NCBI GenBank assembly: GCA_963719425.1
Contig: OY970382.1
Location: 385,246-449,245, forward strand
From: an uncultured bacterium
Lineage (GTDB): Bacteria; Patescibacteriota; Minisyncoccia; UBA6257; 2-01-FULL-56-20
Direction of reading: 5' to 3'
DNA: 64,000 nt
Part shown: positions 47,535 to 55,693 of the stretch, piece by piece
Layout of the letters: every line of letters starts with the position of its first letter
How positions within the stretch are numbered: position 1 is the stretch's first letter
Made by a program: the position numbers and the translations under genes
The notes under the pieces: generated by a model
What the model saw: the letters and a program-made list of their open reading frames with translations, nothing else
The model's database searches: none
What the model was told of the DNA's origin: nothing

Positions 47535-47573
47535 CAAAAACCGCTTCTCGCTTCACACGAAAAACGGCTTTTG
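47535..47573 (-). terminator. Intrinsic terminator upstream of the uvrB promoter
   Basis: Minus strand CAAAAGCCGTTTTTCG..CGAGAAGCGGTTTTTG with G-U pairs and a T tract. Confidence 0.65.
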
Positions 47574-47644
47574 CTCCGTTAACTCATCGTTAACTACAAG
47601 AACCATTGTAGCAAACCTGCTCCGGAGGCAACTGTGGATAAGAA

Positions 47645-48241
47645 CTAGCGGTTCAAGGGTGTCCAGATTTCGTCCCACCAACTTGAAGGATCTTCTTTCA
47701 TGATCGCTTTGGCGAGCTTTTTCGCGCTTTTTGATCTCAACCGGGAGAACTGCACGTTTTCCTTTTGGCCGCTCTTGCCCCGCAGCCATATGCCGGCTTC
47801 CTTGTTTCCCTGCCATTCGTATTCCCGCAGAAGCAGAATCTGGTCCAAGAGGTCCGCATCTTTCGCTATAACCGCTTCTTTTGTTTCCCGTTTATGATAT
47901 TCCATCGCAAGGTCCTCAAGATCATGGTATGGCAACGTCCCAAGCTGTTCTTTCATAATCTCTTCGTCAAAGACCTTCATGTATCTTTTATGAACGTAGT
48001 TGTGGTCGCCGCTCCGGGCCTCTGCCATATCGTGTACCAGACACATCATGACCGTTTTATACACATCCGCTTCCTCCGCTTTCGCGAGGAACCACCCAAT
48101 GAATGCCACGCGATACGAGTGCGCCGCAATGCTGTCCGACATGTCGTCCGTAAGGAGCGTCTGCCGGTGCATGCGCATCAGCTTTCGCATCGTTCCCACT
48201 TCAAAAAGAAAATTGGCGATCCGCCGGTCTTTGTTCATCAT
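47645..48241 (-). CDS. HD-domain phosphohydrolase (YfbR/HDDC2-like)
   Basis: SIAAHSYRV, LVHDMAEARSGD and KDADLLD. Confidence 0.9.
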   Translation of the reverse strand: MMNKDRRIANFLFEVGTMRKLMRMHRQTLLTDDMSDSIAAHSYRVAFIGWFLAKAEEADVYKTVMMCLVHDMAEARSGDHNYVHKRYMKVFDEEIMKEQLGTLPYHDLEDLAMEYHKRETKEAVIAKDADLLDQILLLREYEWQGNKEAGIWLRGKSGQKENVQFSRLRSKSAKKLAKAIMKEDPSSWWDEIWTPLNR

Positions 48242-48268
48242 CCAAAGTATAGCAAACTTTCCGCCCCG

Positions 48269-48919
48269 CTAGCTTGTCCCGCGAAGCACCTTGGTAAGTG
48301 GACAGAGTTCGTGGCGGTGCGGCCGCGCGGGGCAATACTTGCGGCCGTAATCAATCAAAAGATAGGCCACGCGGAACCAATCGCGGCGCGGAATGATAGC
48401 CATCAAATCGCGCTCTATCTTCTCCGGCGTTTTCTCACGCGAGAGGCCAAGGACGTGGGCGAGGCGTTTCACATGCGTGTCCACGGCGATCCCCGCGACT
48501 ACGCCGTAGGCGTTCCCCAAAATCACGTTCGCCGACTTGCGGCCCACGCCCGGAATCGTAATCATTTCCTCCATCGTCCGCGGCAGCTTACCGCGGAATT
48601 TCTGCTTCACCACTTTTGCCGCCGCCAGGATATTCCGCGTCTTTGCACGATAAAATCCGCACTGGTGGATATCGCGTTCAAATTCACGCGGGTTTGCACG
48701 AACATAGTTATCTAACTTTCGATATTTTTTGAAGAGCGCCGGCGTCACCTCGTTCACCTTTTTGTCCGTACACTGCGCGGAGAGCTCCACTGCCACCAAA
48801 AGTTCCCAATGGTTCCCGCACTTGAGTGCGATCTTCGCATCGGGAAAAAGTTTTTTCAAAACCTTGAAAATGCGCGCCGCGCGCCACCGCAGCCGTGGGA
48901 GGTCCTTTTTCTCAATCAT
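48269..48919 (-). CDS. nth: Endonuclease III
   Basis: LLVAVELSAQCTDKKVN, HhH IPGVGRKSANV, and VDTHV. Confidence 0.95.
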   Translation of the reverse strand: MIEKKDLPRLRWRAARIFKVLKKLFPDAKIALKCGNHWELLVAVELSAQCTDKKVNEVTPALFKKYRKLDNYVRANPREFERDIHQCGFYRAKTRNILAAAKVVKQKFRGKLPRTMEEMITIPGVGRKSANVILGNAYGVVAGIAVDTHVKRLAHVLGLSREKTPEKIERDLMAIIPRRDWFRVAYLLIDYGRKYCPARPHRHELCPLTKVLRGTS

Positions 48920-48956
48920 CTTTCCATTATACTGGCCCCTTGTTAAAATGACAGGA

Positions 48957-49403
48957 ATGAGCGAACAAAAACCGAGGGTCGGCGTTGGGTTTGGCGTGAT
49001 GTTTCTTAAGAACGGCGGCGTTCTCCTCGGGAAACGGCATGCCGATCCTGCGAAGGCCGACAGCGAGCTTCACGGGGAAGGGACATGGACTATGCCGGGA
49101 GGAAAACTGGAATTCGGCGAAAGCTTTGAAGGCGGCGCTCTCCGGGAAGTTCTGGAAGAAACCGGAATAAAAATTAACGAGAAAGAACTCACACTGATCA
49201 GCGTAAGCAATGATAGGGTCGAAGACGCGCACTTTGTAACGCTCGGATTCCTCTCGGAAGATTTTGAAGGCGAAGCACAAATCAAGGAACCGAATGAAAT
49301 CACTGAATGGAAATGGTTTCCTCTAAATGACCTGCCAAGCCCTCTTTATTTTCCCAGTAAAAGAGTGCTCAAAAACTATTTGGAGAAAACAATCTATGGT
49401 TAG
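48957..49403 (+). CDS. NUDIX hydrolase (MutT/NUDT15-like)
   Basis: Nudix box GGKLEFGESFEGGALREVLEETG, PRVGVG and EP.E...W.WF. Start at 48957. Confidence 0.92.
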   Translation: MSEQKPRVGVGFGVMFLKNGGVLLGKRHADPAKADSELHGEGTWTMPGGKLEFGESFEGGALREVLEETGIKINEKELTLISVSNDRVEDAHFVTLGFLSEDFEGEAQIKEPNEITEWKWFPLNDLPSPLYFPSKRVLKNYLEKTIYG

Positions 49404-49406
49404 AAA

Positions 49407-50078
49407 TCACTCCTCTATCCGATAGCCGAAGCCGTGGACGGTCTTAATCAGTTTCTTCTTGAAGCCCTCGTCCATTTTGCCACGCAGGAAACGGATGTGC
49501 ACGTCCACCGTGTTCGTGAAGGGATCGGCGTTCATGTCCCAGACATGCTCCAAGATCATCGCACGCGTCAAATTCGTCCCTGGATTTCTCATTAAATATT
49601 CAAGCAGCGCAAATTCCTTCCGGTTGAGCTCAATGCGCTTCCCGCCGCGCTTCACCGTGCGGGTGTGGGTATCCATTTCCAGATCGGCAACCGCGAGGAT
49701 CGGCCCCGTGATCTTTTTCTCACACCGGAGAAGCGCGTTCACCCGCGCCAAAAGTTCGGCGAACGAGAACGGCTTTGCCAAATAATCGTCCGCGCCGAGA
49801 TTGAGCGCCTCTATTTTCATCGTCACATCCCCCGTGATGGAAAGGATGATGATAGGAAACGTCTTCCCGCGTTCGCGGACAGCTTTGCACACTTGGAGCC
49901 CGTTCTGCTCACCAACAAGTTTGATGTCAAAAATACCCACGTCATACGAGTTCACCTTTGCCCACATGAGCCCCTTTTCGCCCGTTTCGGCCCAATCTAC
50001 CGCAAATCGCTCGGCCTTAAGGCTATTCGCGATGTAGTTTCCCATATCCTTTTCGTCCTCCAAAAGAAGTACACGCAT
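49407..50078 (-). CDS. OmpR/PhoB-family response regulator (no kinase gene adjacent)
   Basis: LLEDE, FDIKL, GADDYLAKPF and wHTH NTVDVHIR.LR.K...TVHGFGY. Confidence 0.94.
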   Translation of the reverse strand: MRVLLLEDEKDMGNYIANSLKAERFAVDWAETGEKGLMWAKVNSYDVGIFDIKLVGEQNGLQVCKAVRERGKTFPIIILSITGDVTMKIEALNLGADDYLAKPFSFAELLARVNALLRCEKKITGPILAVADLEMDTHTRTVKRGGKRIELNRKEFALLEYLMRNPGTNLTRAMILEHVWDMNADPFTNTVDVHIRFLRGKMDEGFKKKLIKTVHGFGYRIEE

Positions 50079-50160
50079 GATGATGTACCCCAATTATGAC
50101 AAATCAATCATTAAAAAATTCTAAAATCCCAGCCTCCCAAAAACCCTTGACAGGATGCGG

Positions 50161-50643
50161 CTATTGTGTGCTCACCGACAAAAGCTCAACCGTAAAATGG
50201 AGTGTCGTGTTCGGAGGGATGACCGGCGGATAGCCGTTCGCGCCGTAGCCAAGCTCCGGCGGAATTGTAAGCTCCCGCTCCCCGCCGACCCTCATGCCAA
50301 CCACGCCGAGATCCCATCCTTTAATGACCTTGCCCGCGCCAAGCGTAAAAATGAACGGCTGATTGCGGTCATATGAACTGTCAAACTTCGTACCGTCGTC
50401 CAATGTACCTACATAATTCACCGTCACCGAATCGCCGTTCTTTGCCTCGGCGCCAGTGCCCACCGTCACATCGTTTATTTTTAAGTTTTGCATAATTTGT
50501 TGCGGCGCTTGTTCCGCGGCCGCGCCCGCCTGTACTTCAGCCGCGCGCATCGCTTCATCGGATTTTGTATTATACCACAGCGCCGCAGCAACAATCCCGG
50601 CGGCAAGCACTACAAAAATAATGATGGAGAGAGTTTTTCTCAT
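50161..50643 (-). CDS. Membrane-anchored FKBP-type peptidyl-prolyl isomerase
   Basis: VTVNYVGTL.DGTKFDSS, VIKGWD.G and IPPELGYG. Confidence 0.95.
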   Translation of the reverse strand: MRKTLSIIIFVVLAAGIVAAALWYNTKSDEAMRAAEVQAGAAAEQAPQQIMQNLKINDVTVGTGAEAKNGDSVTVNYVGTLDDGTKFDSSYDRNQPFIFTLGAGKVIKGWDLGVVGMRVGGERELTIPPELGYGANGYPPVIPPNTTLHFTVELLSVSTQ

Positions 50644-50659
50644 GTTTGGATATTTTATT

Positions 50660-50977
50660 TTACGATACTTCCGAACCCGGTGGAACAGGGCTCTTGGGTA
50701 CAAGGAGCACCGGCTCGCCGCCTTCGCCATGCGCTGCAAGCAGCATCCCTTGGCTTGTGAGTCCCATCAATTGCCGCGGTTCAAGGTTCGCCACGACTAT
50801 AATTTCCTCCCCGACCAGATCCTCCGGCGCATACGCCTTTCCGATGCCCGCCACGATTTGCCGCAGCTCGCCAAGATCTATGTGCAACATGACCAGCTTT
50901 TCCGATCCCTCCACTCGTTCCGCGGAAAGAATTTTCGCAACGCGCAGCTCAACGCTCCCGAATTCATCCAAGGTCAC
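50660..50977 (-). CDS. Stand-alone tRNA-binding OB-fold (MetRS C-terminal/Trbp111/CsaA-like)
   Basis: LRVAKI..AE.V.GS.KL, RQIVAGI and NLEPR.LMG..SQGMLLA. Confidence 0.9.
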   Translation of the reverse strand: MTLDEFGSVELRVAKILSAERVEGSEKLVMLHIDLGELRQIVAGIGKAYAPEDLVGEEIIVVANLEPRQLMGLTSQGMLLAAHGEGGEPVLLVPKSPVPPGSEVS

Positions 50978-50989
50978 GAGGATAGTGTA

Positions 50990-51958
50990 TCAAAAGTTCC
51001 AATTTCCGTCGAGTGGAGTCTCAAAACTCGACGAAGCCTCCGAGCTTGAAGAAGAAGTAGTCGCGGTACGCGCCCTCTGAAAGTGAAAATTATTTTCGTT
51101 CTCTCCGCGACGTGGGAACGGTATAGGCGACGCAGGCGTTGTAGTCGCAGACGTCGTGGTTGCAACTGTCGTGGTCGCAGTCCCTCCGTTGAATTCGAAA
51201 TTGCCGCGCCCGCGAGAACGTCGAGGTTGAGGTGGGGATTGAGCAGGATAAGTGCTCGTCGCTGCCGTCCCCACAGGAACCACGGACGACGATGTTGCAT
51301 TCGCTGATCCGCAGCGGTCCTCAAACCGTTGGAGAACATTGGTATGACCCAAGAATCCTCCTTCCACAACCGACGAGGAAGGATTTAAGAACGACTGGAG
51401 CGTTCCGCATACCCTCTTCAAATTATCCGGCTTAGGCGATTGCGCCGTACTTGATGCGACCGGTGAAATCATGGTGTTTGCCACGGGTCGCGCTGCCGGC
51501 GCGCCGTTACCCGTTCCCGTTTCTCCTCCCCTATTTTCGGTTCCGCCAAGAGAGGCAGTGACCGCGTTCGCAAGATCCTGTGCAAGGTTTGGCAAAAGCG
51601 TGCTTGAGGGATGCCGCTCCGCAAGATCGGTGATTTCGCCTGCCCGCCGCGCGGCAAGCGTCGCTTCAAGCTGCGGCTTTGCGGCAGGAACGGTGAGCGT
51701 AAGCTGCACCGATTCGCCCAATCGTTTCAAGGGATACAGCGGATTATCCGCAGGAACGTTTTGGGTATCCGCATAGACGGTAGCACTGCCGAGCGCAACC
51801 GCCGCAATGCCGAGCACAATGGCAAGCGCCCGTATCGCGAGGACGAATTCCGATGTGCGCGGACGCAGAGGTGTGGGATAGCGCGCGTCAAACGCCGCCA
51901 AAAATCGCGCCTTGGTTCTTTCCTTAAATTCTTTTGATGGTGAAAAATTAAATTTCAT
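50990..51958 (-). CDS. DUF5667-type membrane protein, putative anti-sigma factor
   Basis: Overlaps the ECF sigma stop; TM; P.DNPLYPLKR.GE motif. Confidence 0.75.
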   Translation of the reverse strand: MKFNFSPSKEFKERTKARFLAAFDARYPTPLRPRTSEFVLAIRALAIVLGIAAVALGSATVYADTQNVPADNPLYPLKRLGESVQLTLTVPAAKPQLEATLAARRAGEITDLAERHPSSTLLPNLAQDLANAVTASLGGTENRGGETGTGNGAPAARPVANTMISPVASSTAQSPKPDNLKRVCGTLQSFLNPSSSVVEGGFLGHTNVLQRFEDRCGSANATSSSVVPVGTAATSTYPAQSPPQPRRSRGRGNFEFNGGTATTTVATTTSATTTPASPIPFPRRGENENNFHFQRARTATTSSSSSEASSSFETPLDGNWNF

Positions 51959-52517
51959 GCTTGTGAGCTTTGAAATGGCGCTTTATTTTCTCTTTGACGC
52001 GCAACGCCGCCACGCGGAGGGCTCCCTCGGACCGGTGAAGGAGCTCGCTCATGTCTTTGTAGGGCATTTCCGCAACATAGCGAAGTTCAAAAATTTCCCG
52101 CTCATCGTCATCCAAAGTTTTTATGAATTCTTGCACGTTGCGATAGCGGAGCCGATGATCAAGGTCCGGTGCCGCGGTTACGGACATCGCTTCCACCTCG
52201 CTCTCTTCAAACGAGGAAAAGGGCGTTTCCTTTTTGCTGCGATAATGGTCCACAAGCAGGTTGCGGGCCATCTGCCAGAACCATACAACGAATCTTCCGC
52301 GCCTTTCGTCAAAACGTTCAACGTTCTCCACAAGCTTCAGAAGAATGTCCTGTGAAAGATCCTCGGCAGTTTCCTTTTTTCCCGTCCTCGCAAAAAAGAA
52401 TCCGTACACTTTGGGCGTGAGCTCATCGCAAAGCTTCGCAGCCGCTTTCCGGTCACCATGCTTCATGCGCACCGCAAGGTCGGTCAGCGGGTCTCGTTCA
52501 AAGATGTGAAATGCCAT
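51948..52517 (-). CDS. ECF RNA polymerase sigma-70 factor
   Basis: AEDLSQD, F..W...MARN..VDHYR and region-4 LRY......MSELL..SEGA.RV. Confidence 0.92.
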   Translation of the reverse strand: MAFHIFERDPLTDLAVRMKHGDRKAAAKLCDELTPKVYGFFFARTGKKETAEDLSQDILLKLVENVERFDERRGRFVVWFWQMARNLLVDHYRSKKETPFSSFEESEVEAMSVTAAPDLDHRLRYRNVQEFIKTLDDDEREIFELRYVAEMPYKDMSELLHRSEGALRVAALRVKEKIKRHFKAHKHEI

Positions 52518-52524
52518 AAGAAAA

Positions 52525-52550
52525 TACGTTTGAAGAGAGGAAATTGTTAC
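52525..52550 (-). promoter_or_regulatory. Putative autoregulatory ECF promoter
   Basis: GTAAC-N17-CGTA, 7 nt upstream of the sigma ATG; matches the AAC/CGT ECF consensus. Confidence 0.6.
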
Positions 52551-52597
52551 GTTATGCGCAAGAAAATATCATACCTTCCTGTCGCGCGAAAATCCAG

Positions 52598-53974
52598 TTA
52601 CAGCACGCCCCACGTCTGCAGCTCGTCGCTCTCCGCAAACCACTTCGCGCCGATGTCCGTTCGGTAGAACATATTCTGCAGCATGATGCTGTCTATCCGG
52701 CGATAGGCCTGCCGGCGCGCGTCAGCCACCGTGCTGTTGGATCCCGTGACGACGAGCGCGTAGCCGCTCTTCCCCGCCAACTTCCAGTCGTTCTCCACCA
52801 TCTTCACGTCGCCCAAATGGATACCATCGAGATTTGATTTCTTAAACAAGATAGAAATGTCTTTGTAGATCTGCAGCATTTTCTCGTCACGATACGGGAA
52901 CGGCGGCACCGCCACGACCACGCCCACCTGAAACCCTTTCTGAACCCTTAGGGGATATTGTTCTCCTTTCGCAATCGCATAGAGAAATTCCCCCATTGGG
53001 CTCTGGATGCCTTCCATATGGATGCTGATCGTCGGGTACCCGAAGCGCGAGGTGAATTCCAGCGGATACACGCCGCGTGCGTTCGCGATGCAATTCACAT
53101 CAATATACCCAACGTACTTGCTCGCGCGCAGCTTCGTGAGCATCCTGCCGAGCGTATCTTGGAAAAATCCGTTGGGCTCCGCCCAGAACATGAGCGTGCC
53201 CATCTCTCCCGTCGGCGGCCCGATGTCACTCGGAAATAATTTCTTGTGTTCAAAGTTGATATTGATCGGCGTAATAAAATCGTGCCCGTTGAAAAACGCC
53301 CCTACGGCGATCTCCGCGCCTGACGCGACTTTCTGCAACTGGAACCGTTTGATCTTCCGCGACCAGCTTTTGCGGTTGTGCTCCAGCACTTCCAAGAGAT
53401 CCTTCCCATCCTCTTCATGTCCGATAAAAAGAAGATTCTTCATGTGCCAGTCCAAGTCGCCCTCGGATGGTTTGAACACGTAGCGGCCAGGATTTGCTTT
53501 CAAAAATTCTATCGCGTCGCCGAAGTTATCAAAGTCCCAGTGGGCTAGCACAAGCATCCCCGCATCTTTCATCTCCTGCTGCCCGAACTCGCGGTCTATT
53601 TCCAACCGGTCGGTATATTCGCTCCCGCCGACCACGAGCTTCCCCTTCGCGCGCAGCTCGTCGGCCATTTTTCCGAAACCGTCCTCTCCCGCAATCACGT
53701 CGTCAAAAACAACCACATCCGCCCAATCAACGTTCGCTTTCCAATCATCCACCTTGTCCACAAATCCGTCGCCGATGTCCTGGTCATCCTCCTGGCCAAT
53801 ATACATCTTCACCTCATTGCCTTCCTGCTTGATCTTCCACGCCAAGTCAACCGAAAGCGCCTCGTCGGTCACAAAAAGAAATTTTTTGCTAAATGTCGGC
53901 TCTGCAACAACTTCCTCCACAGGAACATTGTCATCACTTCCGTTCGCCGGTTTCTGATTCTGATCGTTTTCCAT
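52598..53974 (-). CDS. PurD-like ATP-grasp ligase (divergent phosphoribosylamine-glycine ligase family)
   Basis: LEIDREFG, YVFKP, FEHKKLF...GP.TGEMG, LEFTSRFGYP and FYRTDIG. Lacks the canonical PurD N-terminal GSGGREH. Start at 53974. Confidence 0.8.
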   Translation of the reverse strand: MENDQNQKPANGSDDNVPVEEVVAEPTFSKKFLFVTDEALSVDLAWKIKQEGNEVKMYIGQEDDQDIGDGFVDKVDDWKANVDWADVVVFDDVIAGEDGFGKMADELRAKGKLVVGGSEYTDRLEIDREFGQQEMKDAGMLVLAHWDFDNFGDAIEFLKANPGRYVFKPSEGDLDWHMKNLLFIGHEEDGKDLLEVLEHNRKSWSRKIKRFQLQKVASGAEIAVGAFFNGHDFITPININFEHKKLFPSDIGPPTGEMGTLMFWAEPNGFFQDTLGRMLTKLRASKYVGYIDVNCIANARGVYPLEFTSRFGYPTISIHMEGIQSPMGEFLYAIAKGEQYPLRVQKGFQVGVVVAVPPFPYRDEKMLQIYKDISILFKKSNLDGIHLGDVKMVENDWKLAGKSGYALVVTGSNSTVADARRQAYRRIDSIMLQNMFYRTDIGAKWFAESDELQTWGVL

Positions 53975-54002
53975 ATGCACGTAACTTCCCGTACCTTTTA
54001 TC

Positions 54003-54905
54003 TTACTTCTTCCCCACAGAAAAAACAAAGGTCTTGTACCGTGACGTAGGACAAAATTTATTTTTGAACGCGGTGAGTGCTTTTTCTCCTCCTGCCATAT
54101 CAACTTCTCGATATCCACGCTGCTGCAACCACACTAAGTCTTCTAAATATAGCATTGATCCTAGATCCTTCACTGAATAATTGTGGATGCCCATTGCACC
54201 ATAATAGCGATCGCTGTTCGGAATAGGCCAGCCTCCGTTAATTCCCGCCGCCCTGCCATCAACAATAAATACGCGCGCTTCGGTCATGCCTTCAAAATTT
54301 CCATCTATTACGTTGTGATATTCTGCTGTCCATGCACGATCATGGGCGTTACGCTTCTTCCGCCAATCGTGTATGATGGCGTGCAACGCTTCTTTGTCGG
54401 TATAGGTTTTTGCATCACGTACCGCAACGGCATGCTCACGATAAAATTTGTGCTTTTCTTTCCGCAACGCCTTATAGTGCCCGCCGGGAAGCTCCGGATC
54501 GAACGTACGGAGATCTGTCACTGGCAACGTGAGCGTGTTATTGATCGGCCGGGCTCTCAAACGGTCCGGCAAAAAGCGCAAGAAATCCCTTCGCAGCGGA
54601 GCTTCAAGCTCAAGCCAGATCTTACGCGCATCCGTATTTGAAAAGATATATTTCGCGTATTCAATAAGGAGTGGTGCGCGCCGCTCTGGAGGCGCAACAG
54701 GACTTGAAAACACAGTATATTCGTGCTTGGCCGGATCCTCCTTTGTGAGCAGCGCACCTTCGTCAGTTTCTACAAAGACATTCTTGTCTCCTTCTTCGGA
54801 GCTGAAGTGATACCACCAGAAATTATGTTCCGGAGCATACCCATACCGACGTATTGATTCTTCTATGCGCGTCCGTTCCGCTAAAATATCATCATAAAAT
54901 TTCAT
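54003..54905 (-). CDS. DUF2156/aaPG-synthase-like GNAT-fold soluble protein
   Basis: L.GGHYKALRKEKHKF and C-terminal VDMAGG...LTAFKNKFCP resemble Fem/DUF2156 GNAT domains; no TM. Confidence 0.6.
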   Translation of the reverse strand: MKFYDDILAERTRIEESIRRYGYAPEHNFWWYHFSSEEGDKNVFVETDEGALLTKEDPAKHEYTVFSSPVAPPERRAPLLIEYAKYIFSNTDARKIWLELEAPLRRDFLRFLPDRLRARPINNTLTLPVTDLRTFDPELPGGHYKALRKEKHKFYREHAVAVRDAKTYTDKEALHAIIHDWRKKRNAHDRAWTAEYHNVIDGNFEGMTEARVFIVDGRAAGINGGWPIPNSDRYYGAMGIHNYSVKDLGSMLYLEDLVWLQQRGYREVDMAGGEKALTAFKNKFCPTSRYKTFVFSVGKK

Positions 54906-54946
54906 GCTTAAGAAAAGTATAGCCAATTATGATATATTTTAACAAT

Positions 54947-55690
54947 ATGTTCTTAATCACCGATACGTCATACATCATAAAAAAAATAAAAGGGAAAGGG
55001 CGCGGTGTTTCTGCGACGCGCGACATTGATGCGGGAACGGTAATCGGCGATTATCTCAGGACCATCATGCGGCCAAAAGACACTGATGAAAAGAAAAACG
55101 GCCTCTATGATATGGCCGGCGGAGACAAGTATGATATCTTAGGCGATCCTCGCGTTCCGGGGGTCCATCTCATCAACCATTCCTGCGCCGAGAACTGCGA
55201 GGTGTATCCATACAAAGGACACATCCTGTATTTCGCCTTACGCAAGATTTTCAAAGGAGAAGAATTGACGGTCAACTATGATCTTTATGCCCCTGATGAG
55301 AGGAAAACTACATGCGATATGCACGCCTGTTCTTGCGGAAGCAAGATCTGTGTGGGCACTATGCATCACGCTCCTTCGCCCGCGGACGAGGCGTGGGAAA
55401 AATTAAAAAAGAAAGAATTTGGGCCGTTGTATCACCACAAAGTTCCCGGGAAATATGGCACCTTGCTTCGTCCGCTTAAAAAATATCCGCATGCTATTCG
55501 CGATCACGCAAACCTCTACGATATATTCGGCACTGAAACAAGGCTACCTGCCCGCTACGCCGACCGGACACTCCCGGCCATTGGAGCGTTACGTAAGAGA
55601 ATCCGCGAGACCGGCCGACAACTTTCTTTCCCGAATTTGCACCTACAAGTTTACGGAATAAGGAGCGGGATGCTGATAATAAGGCGTTAG
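54947..55690 (+). CDS. SET-domain methyltransferase with post-SET cysteines
   Basis: KGRGV.A.RDI.AG, INHSCAENC, GEELTVNY and CSCGSKICVG. Start at 54947 or 54929. Confidence 0.9.
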   Translation: MFLITDTSYIIKKIKGKGRGVSATRDIDAGTVIGDYLRTIMRPKDTDEKKNGLYDMAGGDKYDILGDPRVPGVHLINHSCAENCEVYPYKGHILYFALRKIFKGEELTVNYDLYAPDERKTTCDMHACSCGSKICVGTMHHAPSPADEAWEKLKKKEFGPLYHHKVPGKYGTLLRPLKKYPHAIRDHANLYDIFGTETRLPARYADRTLPAIGALRKRIRETGRQLSFPNLHLQVYGIRSGMLIIRR

Positions 55691-55693
55691 GCG

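Noticed and set aside
52598-53974. Assigning the symbol purD
   Set aside because: The N-terminal substrate motif is missing and there is no purine operon context.
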